Source: Dictyostelium discoideum
Taxonomy: Eukaryota
Length of the DNA: 64,000 bases
Assembly (NCBI GenBank): GCA_000004695.1
Contig: CM000155.2
Location: forward strand, 672,001 to 736,000
Direction of reading: 5' to 3'
Under the pieces are notes generated by a model. It did no database searches, was not told where the DNA came from, and saw only the letters and a list, made by a program, of their open reading frames with translations. This document shows, in pieces, positions 25,440 through 38,005 of the stretch; the stretch's first letter is position 1, and every line of letters begins with the position of its first letter. The position numbers and the translations under genes were made by a program.

Positions 25440-26900
25440 ATGGAGAAACTTAATGAACCACTCTTAGGAGGATCAGATCCAAAAAGACAACATCCATTAT
25501 TAAATTCTGCAATTCTCGGAGCTGCAATGTTTTTCATTTTATTATTAAATTATGTAAGTTTTTATTTATTTTATTTTTTTTTATTATTATTTCTTTTTTT
25601 TAAAAAAAAAAAAAACTAATTTTAATTTATTATGTTTTTATCTTTTTTATTTTTTTTTTTTTTTATTATTTCTTTTTTTAATAAAAAAAAAATTCAAAAT
25701 AATAATAATATCAATGATAATGTTTAAAAAAAAAAAAAAAAGTATAACCAATATTATATATCAAATATTCAAGCATTTTTTATAAATTCTCTTTCTTTTG
25801 TTGCTATATTAATATCATCTTTATTAATTACAAAACTCCGTGAAAAAATTTCAATTTTAATTTCAACTTTAATCCTTTTCTTTATATTTATAATTAATGT
25901 TAATTTACCCTCCATTTCAGTTATTTCATATATAATTCAACCATTTGCAAATAATTTATTATGGATTGCAGCAGGTACTTATATTATGACAATTTCAGAT
26001 AAATGCAACATTGGTCAAAACTTTGGTTTGGTAAATAATAATATTATTTAAATTTTTAAAAATTATTATTTTTATTATTAACACACACTTTTATTTTTAT
26101 TTTTTAAGTTTTTCTTTGTAACATCATTTTTAAATGGATTATTTTCAGTATCAACAACAAATTTTTATAATATTTCTCAATTCATTTATATTGTATTTAT
26201 GGCGATAGCAGTGGTTTTAATTTTATTATTAAAGAATCCATGTTGTGAACAAAATGAAAATATTACAGTTGCTGGATCTGATCCTCATTCATTTTTAAAT
26301 GCAATTGCATATCCAATGAGTCTTTGGTCCGATAAGAAATTTTTATATTTAGTCCCTGCCATTGCCCTTTTAGGAATTGTCTCTTTATTATTTCCAATTG
26401 GTTTGTTGGCCACAACATTAAATCCCTTTGCATACACTCAGAATGTAAGTGGAGCATTTTATTTCTTGGGTGCTGTAGCCTCACTTTTTTTTGGTTTCCT
26501 ATTCGACAGATTTGAAAAGAAATATTTATTATATGCAATTGCTACCTTTGGTGCAATTGGCGCAGCTTTGAATATCGGTTTTTCAAATACAACATGTTGT
26601 ACACAAGGTCAAGTAAATTTGGCTTATGCTTCCCTTATATTTAACACAATCGCTCAATATGGTCTTAAAGTTTTGGTTTTTTCACTTTTAGGTTCGATTT
26701 ATCTTGATTGTAGATCATTATCTGCAAATGTTTGCTACCAATTATTATCAACTTCTGCCTTTTTAATTGTTTATTTAATTTTCTATTATGTATCTTTTAC
26801 TGCATGTTTCTACATTTACTTTTTAATTTTAATCCTAGCATGTATTGGAATTTTCAAATTTTTATCTTCAAATGATGATCAAGAACAACTAATTGTTTAG
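25440..26900 (+). CDS. UNC93/MFSD11-like MFS membrane protein, paralogue A (three exons, about 397 aa)
   Basis: Exons are 25440..25553 (MEKLNEPLLGGSDPKRQHPLLNSAILGAAMFFILLLNY, donor GTAAGT), 25743..26030 (...LLWIAAGTYIMTISDKCNIGQNFGL, donor GTAAAT) and 26109..26900. It shares a family-like WxAQG-type segment and the FDRFEKK loop with the UNC93-like genes at 47367-50819. Confidence 0.55.
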
Positions 26901-26922
26901 ATTAAATATAAATTAAATAAAA

Positions 26923-26955
<33 letters not shown>

Positions 26956-27834
26956 ATCATATAAATATATATTTATTTATTTTTTAATTCAATCATTTTT
27001 TTCAAGAATCTTAAAAGTAAAAAAGATAATTATACAATCTTAATATTATAAAAAAAATAATGAAACTTCATTAAAAATAAATAATTAAACGAAATTTCAT
27101 TAAAAAGAAAATAAAAAAACGGAATTTCATTAAATAAATAATCAAACAAATAAATAAGTTTAAAAAACACTTAATTCCTTTATTTTATATTATTTTATTG
27201 AAGATTTTCAATATCACAGAATCAACAACCCTCACCAAATACAAACACAATAACCAGTAGAACAACTCAAACATCACTACAGGTATAAACACAAGAACAA
27301 CAAACATACCCAACAACACAATCAAAATAAAAAAAATAAAAAAAATAAAAAAAAAAAAAATTTTTGGAATAAAAAAAAATTAAAAAAAAAATGAAAAAAA
27401 AAAAAAAAAAAAAAAAAAAACCGAGAATTTTTTTTTTTCTTAAATTAACATATGTTTTATTTAATAGAAATTTTATCTTCCAAAAACAAATATTAAAATC
27501 TCTAATTCACTACTTTAAAAATTTCCAAGGGATTATACAAACCCATTTTCATTACCAAAAAAAAATAAAAAAATGAAAATAAAAAAAAACTTGTGATTTA
27601 AAGAATTTTTTCTATTTTTATTTATTTTCATTTTTTCGAGTAGAAATGTGAAATTACGGCTCTGGTGGGTTTGTCATCTTTTTTTTTTTTACTTTTAATT
27701 TTTATTTTCACCTTATTTTTTTTCTTTTTTTTTTTTTCTTATTTTTTTTTCTTAATTTTTTTTCAGCTAAAAATTATAATCAGTCCAATTTATAATAATA
27801 AATTAAATTATTTAATATTATCAAAAAATATATA

Positions 27835-29287
27835 ATGGAGAAACTTAATGAACCACTCTTAGGAGGATCAAATCCAAAGAGACAAAATCCATTTTTAAAT
27901 TCTGCAATTCTCGGAGCTGCAATGTTTTTCATTTTATTATTAGAATATGTAAGTTTTTCTTTTTTTTTTTTTTTTTTTTTTATATATTTCTTTTTTTTTT
28001 TTAAAAAAAAAAAAACTAATTTTTTTTTTTTTTGCATTTCTTTTTATTATAAAAATAATAATTATATCAATGATGATGTTAAAAAAAAAAAAAAAAAAGG
28101 TTAATAAATATTTTATAACAAATATTCAAGCATTTTTTATAAGTTCTCTTTCTTTTGTTGCTATATTAATGTCATCTTTATTAATTTCAAAACTCCGTGA
28201 AAAGATTTCAATTTTAATTTCAACTTTTATCTTTTTAATTGTATTTATATTTAATTTTAATTTCCCCTCAATTTCAATTATTTCATATATAATTCTACCA
28301 TTTGCAAGTAATTTATTATGGATTGCAGCAGGCACTTATATTATGACAATTTCAGATAAATGCAACATTGGTCAAAACTTTGGTTTGGTAAATAAATAAT
28401 AATATTATTTAAATATTTAATTTATTTAAATTTTTATTATTATAATTATTAAGACATCTTTTTTTTTAATTTTTTTATTTTAGTTTTTCTTTGTGCCATC
28501 ATTTTTAAATGGAATACTTTCAGTATCAAATTTAAATATTTATAATAATGATTCTAAAGTCTACCAATTAATTTATTTTTTATTTATGGTGATAGCAGTG
28601 GTTTTAATTTTATTATTAAAGAAATCATGTTGTGAACAAAATGAAAATATTACAGTCTCTGGAACCGATCCTCAATCGCTTTTTAATGCGATTGCATATC
28701 CAATGGGTATTTGGGCCGATAAGAAATTTTTATATTTAGCTCCTGCCATTGCCCTTTTAGGAATTGTCTCTACACTATTCCCATTTGGTTTCTTAACTAC
28801 AACAATTAGCGAATTTGATTTCTCTCAAATTATATTTGGAGGAATTAATTTCTTGGGTGCTGTAGTCTCACTTTTGTTTGGTTTCCTATTCGACAGATTT
28901 GAAAAGAAATATTTATTATATGCAATCGCTACCGTTGGTGTAATTGGTGCAGCTTTGAATATCGGTTATGCCCATACAACATGTTGTACACAGGGTCAAG
29001 TAAATTTGGCCTATGCTTCCCTTATATTTAACACAATCACTCAATATGGTCTTAAAGTTTTGGTTTTTTCACTTTTAGGTTCAATTTATCTTGATTGTAG
29101 ATCATTATCTGCAAATGTTTGCTACCAATTATTATCAACATTAGCCTTTTTAATTATTGATTTGTTTTTCTCTTATGTCTCTTCTGTCGCATGTTTCTAC
29201 ATTTACTTTTTAATTTTAATCCTAGCATGTATTGGAATTTTCAAATTTTTATCTTCAAATGATGATCAGGAACAACAATTAGTTTAG
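27835..29287 (+). CDS. UNC93/MFSD11-like MFS membrane protein, paralogue B (tandem duplicate of A, about 401 aa)
   Basis: Exons are 27835..27948, 28100..28387 and 28484..29287. Exon lengths, phases and donor types are the same as in paralogue A. Confidence 0.55.
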
Positions 29288-29502
29288 ATAAACTATAAAT
29301 TAAAAAAAAATTAAATTATTTAAAAAAAAAAAAAAAAAAAACTTTGTTGATAATTTTTAAAAAAAGGTGTTTTGGTTTGATAAAAAAAAAAATTAATTTT
29401 TCACAAATTTATATATTATTTCTTTATTAAAATCATGTAATACTATTTTTTCAATAATCTTAAAAAAAAAATAAAAGATCATTTTGCAATCTTGAAAAGA
29501 AA

Positions 29503-29549
<47 letters not shown>

Positions 29550-29849
29550 TTAATTTTAAAGTCATATTATAATTATTTAATAATTAATTTTATTCTAGAA
29601 ACAAATTATTAAAAAATTAAAAGAAAGATTTTTAGACATTCAGTATTGGTAAATAAATTTTTAACTTGATTTAGGTCAGGTAAAAAAGTCATAAAATTAA
29701 AATATATGGGGTTTAGAAAAAAAGGTACAGTTTTTACCCCATTCAAATAATTATTAAAAATGAATAAGTTAACGTAAATGTAAAATGTTTGAATCTCATG
29801 AAAACAATCTTTTTTTATTTATGGTTATTTAATAAAATGAAGAGTTTTA

Positions 29850-29898
<49 letters not shown>

Positions 29899-29990
29899 GT
29901 ATAAAAAAAAAAATTATAATAAAATCATATATTCTTTTCATTACATAATATCTAAAATTTAAATAATTTTTAATTAATTGATTAAAAAAA

Positions 29991-30857
29991 ATGAAAGTAA
30001 TTACATATTTAATTTATTTTATTGCAAGTATTTTTTTAGTTGTTGTTGTTGGTGCAACAACAACCGCAACTACTACTCCTGCTACACCAAAAAATTCAAT
30101 ATCAGAATCTTACTTCGCCATAAGAACTGATGTAAGAAAGTGTTCAAGTTGCGGTGGTTTCTTTTTACGTGAAATTGGTTCATCAAATAAAACTGAAATT
30201 TATGTAAAATCATTGAATCAAGTATCTGAAACTGTCAAAGAATCACAATACAAATTTGCTCCAAATTTCAATGTAGTTGTAAAAGGTCAAATCACTAATG
30301 ACAATACCATAGTAGTTTCACAAATATTTAGACTTTTACCAAAGATCAATAGTACAATTAATATTGATTTAGAAATTGATAATTTCTATACAACAATTAA
30401 TCCAAATGGTAATGAAAATACTACAACAATTGAAATTAAAAAATTAAACTCAAATAAACCATCAATGAAAGTTAAATCAATTAAAAATAGTAATGATGAT
30501 ATATTTTTCATTCCAACTGATTGGTTATCATATAAAGTTAATTCTGCTCAATCAGTATATACAATTACTAAAAGTAAAAATTCAAAAACAACAACAACTA
30601 TTGATTACATGTTTATTAGTTTACCAGATCCAAAATTTTCTCCAAAAGTTTTAATTCCTGTTATTTGTAAAAATGAAACTGTTCCAACCTATACTAGTAG
30701 TGCTGCACGTTGTTTGATATTCTCTGGTTGTGTCCATCCAGGTCCATGCCCATTCATGATTCCAGTTTGTCCAGATGGTTATACAAAGAGTTCTTATCCA
30801 ATTAAACCAAATGCTTGTCCACACTACTCTTGTCTTCCTTCCTTTTTATCTCAATGA
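29991..30857 (+). CDS. Secreted Cys-rich hypothetical protein (288 aa)
   Basis: Signal peptide MKVITYLIYFIASIFLVVVVGA, a Thr-rich stretch, and a C-terminal Cys cluster (CLIFSGCVHPGPCPFMIPVCPDGY...CPHYSC). Confidence 0.55.
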   Translation: MKVITYLIYFIASIFLVVVVGATTTATTTPATPKNSISESYFAIRTDVRKCSSCGGFFLREIGSSNKTEIYVKSLNQVSETVKESQYKFAPNFNVVVKGQITNDNTIVVSQIFRLLPKINSTINIDLEIDNFYTTINPNGNENTTTIEIKKLNSNKPSMKVKSIKNSNDDIFFIPTDWLSYKVNSAQSVYTITKSKNSKTTTTIDYMFISLPDPKFSPKVLIPVICKNETVPTYTSSAARCLIFSGCVHPGPCPFMIPVCPDGYTKSSYPIKPNACPHYSCLPSFLSQ

Positions 30858-31143
30858 GAATTAAATTATTTCGTTTCTATTATTGAATAAATAGAAATAA
30901 AATAAAAATAAAAATAAAAATAAAATAATATATTTTAATTTTATTTTTCAAAAACTAATTTAAGAAACCTTTAATTTTTTTTTATTATTTATTTATAATT
31001 TTATAAATAATAATAAATAATTTCCCTTATATTTCTAGTCTTAATTCTAAACTTTCAAATTGTTTTTTAAATATGGAAATATTTTTTTTTTTTGCCAATT
31101 TCTTATCACTCTAAAAACATGTTTTAATAATAATAATTAATAA

Positions 31144-31430
31144 AAGGTTGTTCTGGAAGTAATAATACAGAATCATTCTCAACTCGTGAATGTAGAGATG
31201 GACTTGTTGCAACATGTGTAGAAGAAATGGATACTATTCCAACAAATACAATGGTTACAATTACAACAGATGGTAAATGTCAAGATGACCAAAATTGGAA
31301 GAATCATATTATAGTTTTAAATTATGTTGATATAGATGAGTGTCTATCAAATCATGGCAACACATACATATCCTATTCATGTAATTCCACCGAACCAGTT
31401 TATTATGTTTATGAAAATGAAAATTGTTAG
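31144..31430 (+). CDS. Orphan Cys-rich coding segment without an in-frame start (exon or gene fragment)
   Basis: The frame opens at 31144 after a TAA (GCSGSNNTESFSTRECRDGLVATCVEEMDTIPTN...CNSTEPVYYVYENENC). The first ATG is at 31227. It is preceded by taaaag, a possible acceptor. Confidence 0.3.
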
Positions 31431-31559
31431 GTGGATGGACAGGTTATGTTTATGTTGATTCAAAACCTTGTACACTTGAAAATCCAATATTCACATATTG
31501 TCAATAATATCAAAAAAAAAAAAAAAAATCTATAAATTTAAATATATAAATAAAAATTT

Positions 31560-31606
<47 letters not shown>

Positions 31607-31715
31607 TCATTACATTAAAAAACACATTCGGACAAATTAAAAAAAAAAAAACAAAAATAAAAAATAAAAAATAAAAAGTTGGTTTCCGAGCTTTTAAAAT
31701 ATACTTTCAAAAATA

Positions 31716-31761
<46 letters not shown>

Positions 31762-31801
31762 CGTGTTACTAAAACCAAAATAATATTATTATATTATTCA
31801 T

Positions 31802-32746
31802 TTAATATGTAAAAAAAAAAAATGAGGCTTCTGATAAACAGTTTTTGCAACTTTCTTTTAATATTAAATTTTGGGCAATAGGACAAACTTCTTTAATAAT
31901 CTTTGTAAATGAAATTATATTTTTATTTGGAATAGTTAAATAAATGTTGATTGGAGAATGTTGTGAGGGATAACCATATAAAACACCATCTTTATCAGCA
32001 GAATATAATAAATCACCAATTCTTGTTGGAAATTTTACACCACCATTAGGTAAAACGTTACAACCAGGTTTGCTAATGTCAGCCTTAATTGAAACTTTAT
32101 GGCCGTTTCTAACTGAATTAACATTTGAAATTATACCATGTGCAAATTTTATATTTGAATGAATTGAATTTTTTAAATCATTAATTGATGTTCCTTGGAA
32201 GTCACCAAATTGACCTGGTACTCCACCCCCTCTATCGGCTGCACCTGATAAATCATAAAAATCATTACCCATTTGAACCAATTTTCTTGATTTCAAAGTC
32301 AAATCTGGAACAAAACTTCCATCAAAGGAGTATTTAATTTGTGAAGAATCACTGGTACCCACTGACAATTTTTTATCATCAAGAAATAATTCAACATTAT
32401 ATTTAACTTGGACATTTGTTATTTCATGAACATCATAATATGGTGGACGTGGTGATAATGCAACACGATGATAATCACAAATAGTATTAAGAGGTTTTAT
32501 ATAACAACCACAATCAAAGTTAGTGTGAGTTGAAGTACAATAACTATTTCCAGGATAGTGTGTTGCCGCATAATCTCGTAACAAACCTTTACAATCAATA
32601 TCACTTGGTTGTATTCCTCCGCATACTCCTGTACCACAACTACCTGAACCGTCACATTGTGTTCTTTGAGATATTACTGGTTCAAAACAACTAGTTGAGT
32701 ACAAAAATTTTTTATCAGATTCCATATGATAATCGGTAATCTTCAA
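31802..32746 (-). CDS. Hypothetical Cys/Gly-rich protein; true 5' end unresolved
   Basis: Track ORF of 314 aa. The first ATG is at 32728 (MESDKKFLYSTSCFEPVISQRTQCDGSGSCGTGVCGG...). The same frame stays open upstream to 33030 and includes a signal-peptide-like FSISSLSLLFLIITRSF, but no ATG. Confidence 0.45.
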   Translation of the reverse strand: MKITDYHMESDKKFLYSTSCFEPVISQRTQCDGSGSCGTGVCGGIQPSDIDCKGLLRDYAATHYPGNSYCTSTHTNFDCGCYIKPLNTICDYHRVALSPRPPYYDVHEITNVQVKYNVELFLDDKKLSVGTSDSSQIKYSFDGSFVPDLTLKSRKLVQMGNDFYDLSGAADRGGGVPGQFGDFQGTSINDLKNSIHSNIKFAHGIISNVNSVRNGHKVSIKADISKPGCNVLPNGGVKFPTRIGDLLYSADKDGVLYGYPSQHSPINIYLTIPNKNIISFTKIIKEVCPIAQNLILKESCKNCLSEASFFFFTY

Positions 32747-32927
32747 TCTTAAGAGAGCTATTGACTGTTTACTCTCATCCTTTAAATTATAACAACCTTC
32801 CCAACTTTTTGATGGTAATGTAAATACATATTCCCCAAAAAATGATGAAGTGATTGTACCATTACCATAATCTTTATTTATTGTTTGAATATTATTTGAA
32901 ATTAAATATATTTCATCACAAGAATAA

Positions 32928-33305
32928 CATTTTTCAACAAAAGAACGTGTAATAATTAAAAATAGTAGGGATAGAGAAGATATTGAAAAAGTTTTAAAAT
33001 ATTTCGAAAATGAAACAGAATATATTATTCAATTACTACACCATTCAGCAAAATTAAATAATGAAGAAATGTTTATGTATATATTCGAAAAGTATAAACA
33101 TACAATAACTGATAATAAAATCTATATATTAATAAATAGTATATTCAAAGATAATAATTTAAAAATGGCTCAATTTATATTTAAAAATTTTGAAAATGAA
33201 ATATCACCATTGGGTAATATCTTTTTTTGTAATGATTATGAAAACAAAATTATAAATGTAAAACATAAAAACTCACCAATCATATCAACTCTCCAAAGAA
33301 AATAA
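32928..33305 (+). CDS. Hypothetical 125-aa ORF, opposite-strand overlap with the open upstream frame of the gene at 31802
   Basis: HFSTKERVIIKNSRDREDIEKVLKYFENETEYIIQLLHHSAKLNNEEMFMYIFEKYKHTITDNKIYILINSIFKDNNLKMAQFIFKNF... Both strands are open here, so which one is coding is not resolved. Confidence 0.25.
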   Translation, partial: HFSTKERVIIKNSRDREDIEKVLKYFENETEYIIQLLHHSAKLNNEEMFMYIFEKYKHTITDNKIYILINSIFKDNNLKMAQFIFKNFENEISPLGNIFFCNDYENKIINVKHKNSPIISTLQRK

Positions 33306-33315
33306 AAACAAATTT

Positions 33316-34190
33316 ATGTTATTTCCCATAAAATACCCAGACATCTGGAAAATGTATAAAAAAACACTTGCAAATCAATGGGTAGTTGAAGAAATAGAAT
33401 CAAGTGATGATGGATTAGATTGGGAGAAAAAATTAACAAATGATGAACGTGATTTCTTCTCAAATGTTTTAGCATTTTTTGTTGCATCTTGTGGTATTAT
33501 AAATAAAAACCTTAATAGATTTATGTCTAAAGTACAAATTCCAGAAGCGAAATGTTTCTATAATTATCAAATTCATATTAAATATTTACATTCCGAAACT
33601 TATAGGTATGGCAATTAAATTATATATTCATTTATACAATTATTTATGTTTGTTTGTTTATTTATTTATTTTTATTTTTATTTTTCCCTAGTCTTTTAAT
33701 TGAAACTTGTATTAAGGATAAAAATATTAAAGATAAACTTTTTAATGCAATTGAAACAATCCCATGTGTTAAAAAGAAGGCAGAATGGGCTTTAAAATGG
33801 ATAAATGAATCATTTGAAAAACGTCTAGTAGCACTCGTAGCATTTGAAAGTATATTTTTCAGTGGAAGTTTTCGTATAATCAGTTTGTTAAAAAAGAGAT
33901 CTTTGATGCAAGGTTTAACATTTTCAAATGAATTGATTAATTAATTTGATCAAAGATTCACAAATACATATGAACAATGGTTTATAGATAACCTTCCTTT
34001 CGAAGTATATTCATTCTTTCAAACATTTAAAACAAGAAATTTACTAATTCAAATAATGAGCAACAATAAAGTGAGATATTATATAAAAAATATTTCATCA
34101 AAAACAATCATAGGCTACGCAAAAAACATTGGAATAGAAGATGAATATATTTTCTTTTTTGAAAAAATGACCAATAAAGAAATTATATAA
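33316..34190 (+). pseudogene. Ribonucleotide reductase small subunit (R2)-like gene with substituted metal ligands and an in-frame TAA
   Basis: Exon 33316..33607 (MLFPIKYPDIWKMYKK...VLAFFVASCGIINKNL...AKCFYNYQIHIKYLHSETY, donor AG|GTATGG). The intron is 33608..33690 (cccctag). Then [10 protein letters not shown]...[22 protein letters not shown]...[12 protein letters not shown]...[13 protein letters not shown] falls at 33941-33943, where R2 normally has SRDEGLH. The same frame continues FDQRFTNTYEQWF...IFFFEKMTNKEII*. Confidence 0.55.
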
Positions 34191-34375
34191 ATTGGATTAT
34201 TTATTTATTATTTAAATAAAATCACGATATTAATAAAAGACTATATTTATTTATTTTTTTGTTTTTCCCACCACCCCCAATGGTATTTTTTTGGATCGAT
34301 ACAGAACAAAAATTTAATAAACTCAATTAAATCCATCTATAATAATCAATAAAATTTAATCATATTTATAATTAA

Positions 34376-34384
34376 TATTTTATT

Positions 34385-34454
<70 letters not shown>

Positions 34455-34471
34455 TATTATATTATTATTTA

Positions 34472-34530
<59 letters not shown>
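34376..34530. repeat. (ATT)n microsatellite with interruptions
   Basis: Seen directly. Confidence 0.95.
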
Positions 34531-34713
34531 GGTTCAGTTTTATTTATTACACTTACATTACATTAATTGATTAATATGAACAGATAAAAAAAAAAATAAA
34601 AATAAAAAATGAAATAAAAAAAAAAAATAAAAAAATGAAATAAAAAACAAAAATAATAAAATGAAATAAAAAAATGAAATAAAAAAAATATATAATAAAA
34701 AACATATAATTAA

Positions 34714-35361
34714 TTAAATATTAAATAAATTTTTTATTTTTTTTTGAAAAATTAATGTGGTAATAATTAAACATATCACCAATGTTAATAAAAGTGTTAT
34801 GATTTTGTTATTTTTTATACTAATTAATATAATTTTTAAATTTAATAATAATGTCTTCAAAATAAAAAATAATACTCCCATTGAACTTAATAATATAAAG
34901 GATGATATTATTATATAATAACTTTCAAAACAAATTGGTGATAAAAATGATTTACCACATACATTCATAAATTCTTTTACCCAAATTAAAATATCCATTA
35001 CATGATTCATAATAAAATCGAATATTGTTATTTTACAATGAATTTCCTCTTTGACTTTAATAAAAGGATTATTAATATAGAAAATTTCCATATTAAATGA
35101 TTTTTCATTCGAACAGTACTTTTCAATGTTAATTTCCGTTTGATTTTCAGTTAAATTTATTATATTCTTCTCAAATATTGAATAAATGAGTATAATTTTT
35201 GGTAACGAGTCATTAAAATTTATATGCAAAGTATTAAAATCCAATCTGTAATCATAAATAATGTTGGGAATGAAAATCGAATTATTATTATTATTTCTTT
35301 CTTTTGCTTTGATTTGAATGACTAAAAAAAATAAAAAAATTAAAACGACTTTATTTATCAT
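34714..35361 (-). CDS. Hypothetical protein with N-terminal signal peptide and C-terminal TM (215 aa)
   Basis: MINKVVLIFLFFLVIQIKA at the N-terminus; hydrophobic ITLLLTLVICLIITTLIF near the C-terminus. Confidence 0.45.
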   Translation of the reverse strand: MINKVVLIFLFFLVIQIKAKERNNNNNSIFIPNIIYDYRLDFNTLHINFNDSLPKIILIYSIFEKNIINLTENQTEINIEKYCSNEKSFNMEIFYINNPFIKVKEEIHCKITIFDFIMNHVMDILIWVKEFMNVCGKSFLSPICFESYYIIISSFILLSSMGVLFFILKTLLLNLKIILISIKNNKIITLLLTLVICLIITTLIFQKKIKNLFNI

Positions 35362-35426
35362 ACTCTATAATAATATATATATAAATTGTGGGTATATATA
35401 ATAAAAAATAAATATTAAACACATAT

Positions 35427-35469
<43 letters not shown>

Positions 35470-35506
35470 AATTTTTTTTTTTTTATTTATTTATTTATCC
35501 ATTTTT

Positions 35507-35538
<32 letters not shown>

Positions 35539-35562
35539 CCCCTAAAATTTTTTCTTAAAAAA

Positions 35563-36339
35563 ATGAAATCAATCCTATTTTATTTTGTTTTATTAATATT
35601 TTTAAATAATTATGTTAATGGCAGAATTTCAGTTTCTCCCGAGTATTTATCATCTTCAGATTTCAACTCAAATCATCTTGAACAAAAATTAACAAGTGTT
35701 TATTACAATAAACCAAATTGCACTGAAGGAAATGAACTATATATAAAAATTATTAAAGGCTGTAATTTTAGAGGAAGGGTAGTAGGTAATACCACTCATT
35801 ATATGTTTTATGATGATGATCCAGAAACACCTTTAATATGCAGTAACTTTGATAAAATCTCTGAAGTAGTTTTAAAAAATACTTGTATAAATGAAATTGA
35901 TGGGAGTTCCTTTCTATATAAAGAGTACAACAATTCTGATGAACAACTTTTAAAAAAACCTGGTACAATGGTTACATATATTTACCCCTTTAAAAGTTGT
36001 AGTGAAAATGAATTTATTATAATAAATTTTGAAAATGTTTGTGAAGATATTAATGGTCAAACTGCTCGTAAAATAACATTTGATAAATCAACGCTAATTT
36101 ACCATAATTGTAGTTCTGAATGTGCTTCTTGTGATCCTCAACTAACTACAAATATAGAAAAACCTCAAGAAAAGTGTTTCAATCAAAATAATGAAACAAT
36201 ATTCACATTAACTTTATTTAATCAAAAAGAAAAAAATGCTAGTGCTTTTGATCCTTCAAAAAATGAAGGAATTATTTTATTACAAAACTTTTTATTTTTG
36301 GTCCCCATGATTACTATTTTGATATTGTTTTTTTTTTAA
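35563..36339 (+). CDS. Secreted / GPI-anchor-like Cys-rich hypothetical protein (258 aa)
   Basis: Signal peptide MKSILFYFVLLIFLNNYVNG, multiple Cys and NxT/S sites, and a C-terminal hydrophobic tail LFLVPMITILILFFF. Confidence 0.5.
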   Translation: MKSILFYFVLLIFLNNYVNGRISVSPEYLSSSDFNSNHLEQKLTSVYYNKPNCTEGNELYIKIIKGCNFRGRVVGNTTHYMFYDDDPETPLICSNFDKISEVVLKNTCINEIDGSSFLYKEYNNSDEQLLKKPGTMVTYIYPFKSCSENEFIIINFENVCEDINGQTARKITFDKSTLIYHNCSSECASCDPQLTTNIEKPQEKCFNQNNETIFTLTLFNQKEKNASAFDPSKNEGIILLQNFLFLVPMITILILFFF

Positions 36340-36884
36340 AAAAAATAATAGTTGAAATTTTAAATTTTTGTAAAAAACTCCTCAAATAAACGCACGCAAT
36401 TTATTTTTTTTTTAATTTTTTTTTTTTTTTTTTTAATTTTTTTTTTTTATTAATATTAAAATTTTTTTTTTTTTTTTTTTATTTTTTTTTTTTGAGTTTT
36501 TATACGAAAGAGAAAACATGATAACATTTGAAGAAATTGCAATAAATAAAATAAATAAAAATAATAAATATATAAACCAATTGATTGAAAATAAGCATTT
36601 ATCCCCAGATACATTCGAGGCATTCGGCAACAAATATGAATGTTATAGTCACATTAACAAAAAATATAAAACAGCAAAACTAGTATTGTCTCAGAGGTCT
36701 TTAGCAGATATATATAAAAACTTTGAAAAGAAACAGTCACCAGAAAGTGAATTCAAAAAATATCTTGAAAATAATAGCATTAAATTCGAGGGTGGGTGAT
36801 TCAATATTTTGAGTTTTTTTTTTAAAAAAAATAACAAAAAATCTCAATATTAATATTTTTTTTTATTTTTTTTTTTATTTTTTC

Positions 36885-36928
<44 letters not shown>

Positions 36929-36992
36929 TTTTTTTTTTTTCTTTTTTTTATATTTAAAAAATAAAGAAAGCAAACTCATTAATGTATTTGAA

Positions 36993-37658
<666 letters not shown>

Positions 37659-38005
37659 AATAAAACAAGAATATATTTTTTACCAAAAAAAAAGAAAATT
37701 TGATATGGAGCAAAACGAACGGGTGGTTGATAAAGAAAAACTTAAAAAAGCTATAATCAGTTTGCATTTATCAGATGAAACCTTAGCGGAGCAGGGTTTT
37801 AATAATGGATTATTGTTTTATGAAAAAGTTTTAAAAAAAATAAAAAAATATAAAAAATAAATAAACATTGTCATTTCTTGGTTAATTTTTTCATTTAATT
37901 TTTTCATTTAATTTTTTCATTTAATTTTTTCATTTAATTTTTTTTTTTTTTTTAATTTTTTTTTTTTTTTTTTTTTTTTTCTCCCATAAATTTTTTTAAG
38001 CTTTG

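Noticed and set aside
36518-36799. 93-aa ORF MITFEEIAINKINKNNKYINQLIENKHLSPDTFEAFGNKYECYSHINKK...
   Set aside because: I did not list it as a feature. It has no recognisable motif and no clear link to the neighbouring poly-Asn ORF (there is no GT donor at its end). It may be a real small gene but there is nothing to support that.
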